Source: Tepidisphaera sp. | GTDB taxonomy: Bacteria > Planctomycetota > Phycisphaerae > Phycisphaerales > UBA1924 | Length of the DNA: 64,000 nucleotides | Direction: 5' to 3' | NCBI GenBank assembly: GCA_050916045.1 | Contig: CP051526.1 | Coordinates: forward strand, 1,344,001-1,408,000 | Part shown: positions 50,351 through 58,839 of the stretch, one piece after another | Position numbering within the stretch: the first letter of the stretch is position 1 | Layout: each line of letters starts with the position of its first letter | Translations under genes and position numbers: made by a program | The notes under the pieces: generated by a model | The model's database searches: none | Seen by the model: only the letters and a program-made list of their open reading frames with translations | What the model was told of the DNA's origin: nothing

Positions 50351-52855
50351 CTACTTCCCACGGCGGTGGTCGGTCTTGCCTTTGTCGCGGTTCTTGCTCT
50401 TCTGGCTTCGGCGCTGGCCGCCGGTGCGGAAGTTGCCGAAGCCGGCGCCGCCGCCCGAGCCGATGCCTCCGCCGATGCCGCCCAAGCCGCCGCCACCGGG
50501 ACCGTTCGGGTCTTTGACCATCTTCTTCTTGCCCGCGGCTCGCGATGCCGGATCGTCGAGGACGAGGTCCAGAGCGCGGCGGGGGAGGTCGACGGCGGCG
50601 ATCTTGACGACGACGGCGTCGCCGGAGTTGAAGCTTCGGCCGGACTGGGCGTCGACGAGGGCGCCGGTGCGCTGGTCGATGCGCCACATCGGGGCGCGGT
50701 TGTCGCGGGTGACGTCGCCGGGGAGGTCTTCCTTCTTGATGAAGCCGTCGATGAGGAACTTGTCGATCTGGACGAAGACGCCGCGGTTGTTGACGCCGGT
50801 GACGACGCCGGGATAGACCTCGCCGAGGCGGTCGGCGAGGAGCTGGAGCACGAGGAACTTCTTGAGGCTTTCTTCGGCTTCGGCGGCTGCGGATTCACGC
50901 ATCGTGGCGTGCTTGCCGACCTCGACGAGAGCTTCGTGGGTCTCGCACATGGTGCTGTCGCGGAGGGCGCGGCCGAGGGCTTTGCGTTCTTCTTCGGATT
51001 TGGGCCGCTTGGTGTTGTTGTCGGTGCGGCGGAGGTATTCGGCGATGCAGCGGTGGACGGTGAGGTCGGCGTAGCGGCGGATGGGGCTTGTGAAGTGGGC
51101 GTAAGCCTTGCTGGCGAGGGCGAAGTGGCCGATGAGCAGGGGTGAGTACTCGGCTTTGGTGAGCGTGCGGAGGACGGCCATGTGGACGGCGCGGGCGGCG
51201 GGGGTGCCGCGGGTGCCGTCGAGGAGGGTCTGGAGCTCTTCGCGCGTGGGGCTCTTGGGGATGCGGAAGCCGGCGACCATGGCGGTTTTGCGCATGTCCT
51301 CGACGTTGCCGGGGGTCGGTTCGGGGTGAACGCGGCGGAGGAGCGGGACCTGGTAGCGTTCGAAGAGGCGGGCGACGACTTCGTTGGCTTCGACCATGAA
51401 CATTTCGATGAGCGTGTGGGTGAACGCATCATCCTCGGGCTCGGCGTCGACGACGCGGCCTTGTTCATCGAAGATGAGGTTGGCGTCGGGGAGCTCGAGG
51501 GAGATCATGCCGTCGCGTTTGCGGCGGCCCTGGATGGCTTTCGCGCAGCGGTTCATCTCGCCGAGGGTTTCGAGGAGCTGGTCGGTGTACTTGGGCGGGG
51601 TTTTGGCGTGTTTGCGGGCTTCCTCGATGTTGCCGTCGATGAGGGCCTGGGCTTCGAGGTAGGTGAGGCGTTTGGCGGACTTGATGAGCGTGTTGGCGAC
51701 GCCCTCGCTGCGGCATTTGCCACCCTCGTCGTAGGACATGAACGCGGACTTGCAGAAGCGGTAGACGCCCTCTTGCAACGAGCAGATCCCGTTGGAGAGG
51801 AGCTCGGGGATCATGGGGATGACGAGGCGCGGGAGGTAGACGGAGTTGGCGCGGTCGCGGGCTTCGAGGTCGATGTCGCTTTTGGGCGGGATGTAGTGGG
51901 CGACGTCGGCGATGTGGACGGCGAGGTCCCAGCCGCCGGGGATGGACTCGCTCCGGCGGATGGAGATGGCGTCGTCGTAGTCCTTGGCGTCGGGGGGGTC
52001 GATGGTGATGATGAAGTCGCCGGTGAGGTCGGCGCGGGGGCCCCATTTGTTGGTGAGCGCGGCGATGCCCTTGGCTTGGTAGTCGGCGATCTGCTGGTCG
52101 TATTCCTGGGTGACCTCGCGGGCTTGCTCGTTGCACTCTTCGGGGAATTCGCCGGGGAGGTTGTACGCGGCGATGGTGGCTTGGGTCTCGACGTCGGGGC
52201 GGCCGGCTTCGCCGAGGACTTTGGTGATGACGCCTTCGGGGAGCATTCCCATCTCGGGGAAGACGACGAGGTCGATGACGACCTTGAGGCCGTCGCGGAC
52301 GTTCTTGGCTTCGGCGTCACGGACGACGATGGGCTGGGTGATTTCCTTGCCGTCGGGGTAGACGAGCCACTGTCCGCCCTTCTTGATGATCTCGCCGGAG
52401 AAGGTGGTGCGCTTGCGCTTGATGACTTCGACGATCTCGCCGGTGAAGCTCGCGAAACCGGTCTGGCGTTCGCGTCCGCGGTCGCGCCAGACCTTGATGG
52501 CGACGGTGTCGCCGGAGAGGGCGTCCTTGGCGTAGGTCTCGTCGATGTAGATGGACCGTTCGCGGACGGGCTCGATGGGCTGGGCGAAGCCGCCGCCCTT
52601 CATGATCTTGCGGAAGACGGCCTGGACGGTGCCGCTTGGGTCCTTGTCGATCTTGTGTTCGATGCTGGGGAGCTGGACGTGGCCGCCGGCGGTGGCGACG
52701 AGCATGCCGCGGCTCACCAGTTCGCCGACCATCGAGCGGAACTCTTCGCGTTCGTCATCGTCGATGCCGAGGTCTTGGATGAGGGTGTCGGGTTTGGAGG
52801 GGACGTACGCCTCGTGCTGGATGTGGGCGAAGAGGCGCTTCTCGAATCTCTGCAT
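50351..52855 (-). CDS. rnr: ribonuclease R
   Basis: TIDPPDAKDYDDA, VHIADV, SVYLP, LSNGICSL, HFTSPIRRYADL, S1 domain. Confidence 0.95.
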   Translation of the reverse strand: MQRFEKRLFAHIQHEAYVPSKPDTLIQDLGIDDDEREEFRSMVGELVSRGMLVATAGGHVQLPSIEHKIDKDPSGTVQAVFRKIMKGGGFAQPIEPVRERSIYIDETYAKDALSGDTVAIKVWRDRGRERQTGFASFTGEIVEVIKRKRTTFSGEIIKKGGQWLVYPDGKEITQPIVVRDAEAKNVRDGLKVVIDLVVFPEMGMLPEGVITKVLGEAGRPDVETQATIAAYNLPGEFPEECNEQAREVTQEYDQQIADYQAKGIAALTNKWGPRADLTGDFIITIDPPDAKDYDDAISIRRSESIPGGWDLAVHIADVAHYIPPKSDIDLEARDRANSVYLPRLVIPMIPELLSNGICSLQEGVYRFCKSAFMSYDEGGKCRSEGVANTLIKSAKRLTYLEAQALIDGNIEEARKHAKTPPKYTDQLLETLGEMNRCAKAIQGRRKRDGMISLELPDANLIFDEQGRVVDAEPEDDAFTHTLIEMFMVEANEVVARLFERYQVPLLRRVHPEPTPGNVEDMRKTAMVAGFRIPKSPTREELQTLLDGTRGTPAARAVHMAVLRTLTKAEYSPLLIGHFALASKAYAHFTSPIRRYADLTVHRCIAEYLRRTDNNTKRPKSEEERKALGRALRDSTMCETHEALVEVGKHATMRESAAAEAEESLKKFLVLQLLADRLGEVYPGVVTGVNNRGVFVQIDKFLIDGFIKKEDLPGDVTRDNRAPMWRIDQRTGALVDAQSGRSFNSGDAVVVKIAAVDLPRRALDLVLDDPASRAAGKKKMVKDPNGPGGGGLGGIGGGIGSGGGAGFGNFRTGGQRRSQKSKNRDKGKTDHRRGK

Positions 52856-52924
52856 GGGGTGAGCGTAGGGCCACTTGCCGCGATTGAACGTGAATCACGG
52901 GTGGAACGGAGATGAAGACGGGGT

Positions 52925-53890
52925 TCAGTGGGCGGGCTGGGTGACGACCTGGCGCGGGGTGAGGCCCAGGTGCTCGCGGACCTTGACGAGCTCGCCGACG
53001 GAGTCCTGGCTCGCCATGTGGGCCATGCCGGAATCGAAGGGGAGGACGTGCTTCATGCCGACGAGAGCGGCGATGTCGGCCTGGATGGCGGCGATCTCGC
53101 CGGGGACTCCCCAGACGCCCTGCGTGGAACCGTGGACGTAGGTGTCGCGGATCCAGAGGAGGAGTTCGGGGAAGCTGAGACGGTCGGGGCCGACGAGGTT
53201 GTAGGTTTCGCCGAAGGACTTCTCGTTGGGGATGGCGGAGACGAAGGCTTTGGCGACGTCTTCGACGGCGACGGGCTGGACGACGGGGTCGATGCGGTGG
53301 ACGGGCCCGAGCGGGACGGAGGTGTCCTCGACGCCGCGGGTGAAGTAGGGCATGAAGATCCAGGGCTGTTCCTCACCCTTGGCCCAGTTGATGGCTTGCT
53401 TGATGAACTTGCTTCCTTCGCCGAGGATGAAGCTGGGACGGAAGACGGTCCAGTCGAGGCCGCTGGCGCGGACGAGCTGCTCGCCTTCGAACTTGGTGCG
53501 CTGGTACTCGGCTTTGCCGGTGGGGGAGGCGCCCAGGGCGGACATGTGGATGAAGCGTCGGACGCCGGCGCGGTGGCAAGCGGCTAGGAGGGCTTTGGGG
53601 GCTCCGACGTGGGCTTGCTGGAAGGTCAGGCCGTCGCGTTCTTCGCGGATGATGCCGACGAGGGCGATGGCGGCGGAGCAGCCTTTGCAGAGCTCATCGA
53701 GCTTGGCGGGGCTGAGGGCGTCGCCGAGGACGACCTCGACGCGGGGGTCGCGCGGGAGGTAACGCTTGGCGGAAGTTTCGGACTGGGCGAGGGCGCGGAC
53801 GGAGTAGCCCTGAGCGAGGAGCTCGCGGACGACGTAGCGGCCGACAAACCCGGTGGAACCCGTGACAGCGACGATCTTCGGAGAGGTCAT
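52925..53890 (-). CDS. NAD(P)-binding SDR (NDUFA9-like) protein
   Basis: VTGSTGFVG, HMSALGA, YQRTK, FRPS. Confidence 0.9.
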   Translation of the reverse strand: MTSPKIVAVTGSTGFVGRYVVRELLAQGYSVRALAQSETSAKRYLPRDPRVEVVLGDALSPAKLDELCKGCSAAIALVGIIREERDGLTFQQAHVGAPKALLAACHRAGVRRFIHMSALGASPTGKAEYQRTKFEGEQLVRASGLDWTVFRPSFILGEGSKFIKQAINWAKGEEQPWIFMPYFTRGVEDTSVPLGPVHRIDPVVQPVAVEDVAKAFVSAIPNEKSFGETYNLVGPDRLSFPELLLWIRDTYVHGSTQGVWGVPGEIAAIQADIAALVGMKHVLPFDSGMAHMASQDSVGELVKVREHLGLTPRQVVTQPAH

Positions 53891-53997
53891 GGGGCGATGA
53901 TAGCCGGGGGTTCGACCGGTTTGCCCGGGCCCGCATAGGGTGACCCATCGACGTACGCGGAATCCCTCGGGGAAGTGGATGAGGTGGAGGCTTTGCG

Positions 53998-54411
53998 GTG
54001 CTTTACGCGTTGTGTTTCGCTTCGATCCCGATTCTTCTGGCTTGGCGTGCATTCGCGATCGGCCTGATCGTCACGTCGGCTGAGAGCCGTGGCTGGCGAG
54101 GTGTTCGAGCGGTACTGGTCGGGCTCCTGGCTTTGCTGAGCGTCGGGTGGGTGGCTGCGATTGGTGACCGGTGGTACGCGGAGGTTTGGAGCGCGGCGGG
54201 ACCGGATTTCTCGGTGGATGCGACCAAGAAGACGGGGCTGGTGGTGCTGGCGGTGGTCGCGGTCTCGATGGGGGTGCTGCATTACTTCGTCACGGGTCGG
54301 CCCAAGCCGCTTTCGGAGATGGAGCAACGCAGAATCGAGGAGAAGACCAAGCGGACGGTGGAGAGGCTGATGAAGAAGCATGGGAAGACCGGTGGTGAAG
54401 AGGGGTTGTAG
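53998..54411 (+). CDS. small membrane protein
   Basis: Three hydrophobic segments; GGAGG 7 nt before GTG. Confidence 0.55.
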   Translation: MLYALCFASIPILLAWRAFAIGLIVTSAESRGWRGVRAVLVGLLALLSVGWVAAIGDRWYAEVWSAAGPDFSVDATKKTGLVVLAVVAVSMGVLHYFVTGRPKPLSEMEQRRIEEKTKRTVERLMKKHGKTGGEEGL

Positions 54412-54452
54412 TTGGGGTGGTGGGCTCTATGAGGATGGGGGACCATCGAAGA

Positions 54453-54511
54453 CCCCTCATCCGCCGCTGACGCGGCACCTTCTCCCCGTCGAAGCGACGG
54501 GGAGAAGGAGG
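54453..54511 (+). repeat. dispersed hairpin repeat, family B, copy 3
   Basis: CCCCTCATCCGCCGCTGACGCGGCACCTTCTCCCCGTCGAAGCGACGGGGAGAAGG. Confidence 0.88.
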
Positions 54512-54513
54512 CA

Positions 54514-55206
54514 TCACCACAGACGTTTGGAGGCCAACCGGCCCATGACGTCGTTGCGGGTGCCTTCGCAGCGAATGGGCGTGTCGGTGTGCTGGAGGCG
54601 GCTTCGCAGTGGAGGCGGCAGCGCGGCAGAAGACGCCTCAAGTTCCTCCCGCGTCGGAACACATGCAAGGATCGCGGTTTGGGTGTCGAGCTCCAAGCGC
54701 AGGCAATGCCAGCCGTGAACCTCTTGGGAAACGCCGCGTTCCGCGTTCAGCATGTCGATGATGGTGCAGGGGGAGGCGATCAGGCGGACGCAGTTCCACG
54801 GGACGCTCCGCGATTGGCCCCGTTGCTCCACGACCAGTCCCCTCTCATTCACGCGCACCTCGGCCTCCTCACGCCGCTCCATCCGAATGAACAGCCGCAC
54901 GGTGAACGATGCCGTCAATGTGCCGAGCGCCAAACTGAGGAGCAGCGGCGGAGAGGGCAATGAGCCTTTGACGATGATCAGGATCGGAAACGTCAGCAAT
55001 CCTGCCGAAATCATGGCCCAGAGGAAGACCTCGACCCAGTTGCTCGCACCCGGCGATCGAAGGGAAAGCCTGAAAGCCGCATTTGGGCCCGCTTCGCCGA
55101 GCGTCACGCTGTAGGGGTATGGACGTTCGAGTGTGTGCACGAGCCTGTTTCCGGTACGGTTGGACCAGGGAACTTTACGGTCGCCCCCAAGCGTGCCTGT
55201 AACCAT
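54514..55206 (-). CDS. hypothetical membrane protein (2 TM + soluble domain)
   Basis: ORF filling the interval between two family B repeats; atypical composition. Confidence 0.55.
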   Translation of the reverse strand: MVTGTLGGDRKVPWSNRTGNRLVHTLERPYPYSVTLGEAGPNAAFRLSLRSPGASNWVEVFLWAMISAGLLTFPILIIVKGSLPSPPLLLSLALGTLTASFTVRLFIRMERREEAEVRVNERGLVVEQRGQSRSVPWNCVRLIASPCTIIDMLNAERGVSQEVHGWHCLRLELDTQTAILACVPTREELEASSAALPPPLRSRLQHTDTPIRCEGTRNDVMGRLASKRLW

Positions 55207-55221
55207 CCCGCTCGCCCGTCA

Positions 55222-55281
55222 CCCCTCATCCGCCGCTGGCGCAGCACCTTCTCCCCGTCGAAGCGACGGGGAGAAGGAGGG
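55222..55281 (+). repeat. dispersed hairpin repeat, family B, copy 4
   Basis: CCCCTCATCCGCCGCTGGCGCAGCACCTTCTCCCCGTCGAAGCGACGGGGAGAAGG. Confidence 0.88.
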
Positions 55282-55299
55282 ATGTCGTAGGATGGTCGC

Positions 55300-56106
55300 G
55301 TGATCCTGCGAGCGGACCATCTTGTGATCGGGCATCGGGCGGTGAGGGCTGTCCTTTGCGATGTCTCGGCGGTGTTTGCGCCGGGGGAGGTCACGGCGGT
55401 CTTGGGGCCCAATGGAGCCGGGAAGTCGACGCTGCTTCGGTGCTTGGCGGGGGTGCAGGAGGGGCACGGTGTTTCGGGCGGGGCGGCGGTGTTGGATGGG
55501 GCGGTGGTGTTGGGCGGGGCGGCCATCGGGTCGTTGTCGCCTTCGGCGCTGGCGGCGCGGCTTGCGTATGTCCCGCAGCGGGAGGAGATCCCGGTGGGGT
55601 TCACGGTGGGGGAAGTTGTCGCGATGGGAGCGGAAGCGGGGGGGGATCCGTCGCAGGCGTTGCCGGCGATCGAGCGGCTGGGGCTCGCGGCTTTGCGGGA
55701 CCGCCGGGTCGAGACGCTTTCGGAGGGGCAGCGGCAGCGGGTGACGATGGCTCGGGCGTACGCGCAAACGCGGGGGATGGTGGATCGGCCGGGTGTGGTG
55801 CTTGCGGATGAGCCCGCGGCGGCGCTGGACCCGGCGCTGGCGGCGGAAGCGATGAGCGTCTTTCGCGAACTCGCCCGGCGCGGGCGGACGGTCGTGGTGG
55901 TGCTTCACGATGCGGACCTGGCGCTGCGGTGGGCGGACCGGGCGCTGCTCCTGCGGCAGGATGGGACGGTGCTTGAGCAGGGGCCGGCGGCGGCGACGCT
56001 GACACCGGCGAATCTGGAGACACTGTTCGGCGTCCGATGGGCGGTGGTACGGACGCCCGCGTCGCGGGAAGTGCCCGGGGGCCGCGACGCCGTGATTCCG
56101 CAGTGA
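55300..56106 (+). CDS. ABC ATP-binding protein (FecE/HmuV-like)
   Basis: GPNGAGKST, AYVPQ, LSEGQRQR, LADEP, VLHD. Confidence 0.88.
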   Translation: MILRADHLVIGHRAVRAVLCDVSAVFAPGEVTAVLGPNGAGKSTLLRCLAGVQEGHGVSGGAAVLDGAVVLGGAAIGSLSPSALAARLAYVPQREEIPVGFTVGEVVAMGAEAGGDPSQALPAIERLGLAALRDRRVETLSEGQRQRVTMARAYAQTRGMVDRPGVVLADEPAAALDPALAAEAMSVFRELARRGRTVVVVLHDADLALRWADRALLLRQDGTVLEQGPAAATLTPANLETLFGVRWAVVRTPASREVPGGRDAVIPQ

Positions 56107-56139
56107 GCCGGACCGGTCGCCCAAACCTATCATGAGCCC

Positions 56140-57168
56140 GTGACCAGCCCCGCGATGCCAACGCCCGTGGACTCTTCTCCGCTCGCGGCGACGGCGCGGC
56201 CCAGGGAAGGGCCTCGGGCGGGAACCATCAAGAGCCTGCGGGAGATGACCAAGCCGGGGATCACGCGGCTGGTGACGATCACGGCGGCGGTCGGGTTCGC
56301 GATGGCGTTCTTGTCCACAGATGGGGGCAAGTCGGTTCTTGAGCCTTCGCGGCCGTGGATCGAGATCGCGTACGCGGGGTTCATGTGCGCGGCGGGGACG
56401 TACTTCTCGGCGGCGGGGGCGAACGTCCTCAACCAGCTCGTCGAGCGTTCGCGCGACGCGAAGATGAAGCGGACGATGCGGCGGCCGCTCCCCGAGGAGC
56501 GGATCGCCCCGCCGGTGGCTTTGACGTTCGGCGTGTCGTGCGTGCTGCTCGGGGCTTTGGTCCTGGCTTTGGGCTGCGGGGCGATCACGACGATCCTCGC
56601 GCTCGCGTGCACGGTGACCTACCTCTTCGCGTACACGCCGATGAAGCCGCGGTCGGCGCTCTCGACGTACGTGGGGACGTTCCCGGGGGCGCTCCCTCCG
56701 CTGATGGGCTGGGCGGCGGGGTTGCCCGAGGGGGGGATGGGCGCGACGGGGGCGGAGCACTGGCCGATGTGGTGGGGGGGTGTGGCGCTCTTTGTGCTGA
56801 TGACGGTGTGGCAGCTGCCGCACTCGTTCGCGCTGGCGTGGATGTACCGCGACGACTACGCCAAGGGCGGGTACAAGCTGCTCCCGACGCTGGACCCGAC
56901 GGGCTCCAAGACCTCGACGACGATCGCGGTGTGGGCGTTCGCGCAGATCCCGGCGACCCTGCTCCCGGTGCTTGCGATGCCGAACGTCTTGGGCTGGCCG
57001 TACGCGGCGATCGCGGTCTTGACGGGCTTGTGGTATTTCGTGTGCGCGATGCGGGTGCTGAAGACGCGGAGCGTGGCGGACGCCCGGAAGGTCTTCTTCG
57101 TCTCGATCATGCACTTGCCGCTTTTGCTCATCGCGATGGTGGTGGAGGCGGGGATCAGAAGGCTGTAG
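56140..57168 (+). CDS. cyoE: protoheme IX farnesyltransferase (heme O synthase)
   Basis: TKPGI, NQLVERSRDAKMKRTMRRPLP, YTPMK, GALPPLMGW, WQLPH, YRDDY. Confidence 0.95.
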   Translation: MTSPAMPTPVDSSPLAATARPREGPRAGTIKSLREMTKPGITRLVTITAAVGFAMAFLSTDGGKSVLEPSRPWIEIAYAGFMCAAGTYFSAAGANVLNQLVERSRDAKMKRTMRRPLPEERIAPPVALTFGVSCVLLGALVLALGCGAITTILALACTVTYLFAYTPMKPRSALSTYVGTFPGALPPLMGWAAGLPEGGMGATGAEHWPMWWGGVALFVLMTVWQLPHSFALAWMYRDDYAKGGYKLLPTLDPTGSKTSTTIAVWAFAQIPATLLPVLAMPNVLGWPYAAIAVLTGLWYFVCAMRVLKTRSVADARKVFFVSIMHLPLLLIAMVVEAGIRRL

Positions 57169-57231
57169 AAGTCGCGGGGGCGGTGGGGTTGTGGGGGAGG
57201 ACGCGGAGACGCGGGGACGGGGAGCGGGGAG

Positions 57232-57864
57232 GTGGGCTTGGCACGCGGGAAGAAGCGAATGTGGGCGGGGGTGACGCTCGTGAGCCTTGGGTTGCTCGCG
57301 GCGGGGATGGTGGTTGCTTCGCGGTGGTACATCATGGAGATCAGGCGAACGAATGAGCGGTCGCTCCACATTCTCATCTTGAAATCGGGTGAGACGAGGT
57401 GGCACCGATATCCGGTCGAGAAGGCTTCCGGGCAAGTCGACCGGACCTCGGACCCTACTCGTGTGCCCGACGGGTTCTCGGCGGGACGGGTTGATGTTCC
57501 CGAGGGGCCGTTGCTGGTGGTGTCGGACCACGCGACCCTCATGAGCCGGACGCTGATCAAGGTCTACGGGCGTGATGGTGACGGCACATCCAGATGGTTC
57601 GTCGCGGGAGGCTGGAGGCATGACGGCGAGACCGCCTATGTCGCCGTCGTGGCGTGGCCGATCCCGCTCTTCCTTCTGATCGCGGGCGTTGTGCCGCTGT
57701 GGAGCGGTTGGCGGGTGCGGCGACGGGTCCGCTCGGGGGCCTGTCTGGGCTGCGGGTACGACCTTTCGGCGACCCCGGGTCCGGCTCCGTGCCCGGAGTG
57801 CGGGGCTCAGCGCTTCGAAAGCGAAACGGGGCGTTCGATGAGGAACGCCCCGGGCACTTCGTGA
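57232..57864 (+). CDS. membrane protein with C-terminal zinc ribbon
   Basis: Two TMs; CLGCGYDL...CPECG. Confidence 0.7.
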   Translation: MGLARGKKRMWAGVTLVSLGLLAAGMVVASRWYIMEIRRTNERSLHILILKSGETRWHRYPVEKASGQVDRTSDPTRVPDGFSAGRVDVPEGPLLVVSDHATLMSRTLIKVYGRDGDGTSRWFVAGGWRHDGETAYVAVVAWPIPLFLLIAGVVPLWSGWRVRRRVRSGACLGCGYDLSATPGPAPCPECGAQRFESETGRSMRNAPGTS

Positions 57865-57908
57865 CTTCGTGACTTTCTGACTCCGCGGCTCCGCGGCTTC
57901 CGCGTCCC

Positions 57909-58328
57909 CTACATGTGGTTCCGGCAGGCCGCCCAGTGGCAGTCCTTGCCGCGGTAGGTGCTCAGCAGGTCCTTGAGCTGCACGCCCGCATCGTCGTTGG
58001 TCGTGATGAACCGCGACTCGAACTTGCTGTGCCCGAGGAGAGCCAGGCTCTCGCGGGGGTACAAGCGGTAGTTCTTGCACGACTGCCCGCCCCGGAGGAT
58101 CTCGTGGGGGACGGCCGAGGTGCCGAACCGCGTGAGGGCATCGACGAGCTTGCCCGCTTCGTTGCCGAGCGAGACACCATCGGCCTGATAGAACGCGATG
58201 GTGGTGCCGGCGGGGACGATGAAGGTGCCGTCGGCGGCGAGCCAGCCGCCGTGGCCCGAGAAGGCGATCTTCTCGGCGGCGCGGGACTGGGCGTTGAGGG
58301 CGGCGATGCGTGCGGCGATGGACGTCAT
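57909..58328 (-). CDS. stand-alone Stv/'putative adhesin'-like domain protein
   Basis: SGHG..VPAGTTIAFY..G.SL..NYRL..HWAACR; GGAG RBS. Confidence 0.65.
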   Translation of the reverse strand: MTSIAARIAALNAQSRAAEKIAFSGHGGWLAADGTFIVPAGTTIAFYQADGVSLGNEAGKLVDALTRFGTSAVPHEILRGGQSCKNYRLYPRESLALLGHSKFESRFITTNDDAGVQLKDLLSTYRGKDCHWAACRNHM

Positions 58329-58478
58329 GGGTCGGGCTCCTCCGGCCCGGGCTTTGGCGTGACGCGAAGCCGCCCTGGGCGATGCCGGGGATTGTACCGG
58401 ATTGGGGGCGGGGCTGGGGCTGTTTGGGGCGGGGTGAAAGGCTTGTGTTTGGCCCCGAAAGGGCCCGATTCGGCCCGG

Positions 58479-58688
58479 AATGGCTCCCGTTCACCCGTGA
58501 ATGGCTCCCGTTCAGCCGCGAATGGCTCCCGTTTGCCTGCCGATGGCTCCCATCTGCCCGCCGATGGTTCCCATCTGCCAGCCGTTGGTTCCCGACTGCC
58601 TGCCGTTGGTTCCCGACGGCCCCGGGTCGGCTTCCGACGTGCCAAGGTCGGTTCCCGACGGCTCGCCGTCGGTTCCCGACGTGCCAGC
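58479..58688. repeat. 21-bp tandem repeat, ~10 units
   Basis: AATGGCTCCCGTTCA... drifting to GTCGGTTCCCGACG... at a 21-nt period. Confidence 0.88.
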
Positions 58689-58839
58689 GTCGGTCATCGA
58701 CACGGGCGTTATGCGACGTGGGGCGGGCCCTCTTTCACCCCTTCACCATGTCACCCCTGCACCTTGTCACGCCGCGTCGCGCGACGCGGCTTCGTCCCGA
58801 GACGAACGCCCGCCGTTCGCCATGCGTAAGGTAATGCCC

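Noticed and set aside
55219..58494. 1091-aa minus-strand ORF
   Set aside because: Shadow across several well-supported genes; no motifs
58501..58839. UvrB N-terminal extension
   Set aside because: Derived from the 21-bp repeat; TAAGGT-N7-ATG supports 58840
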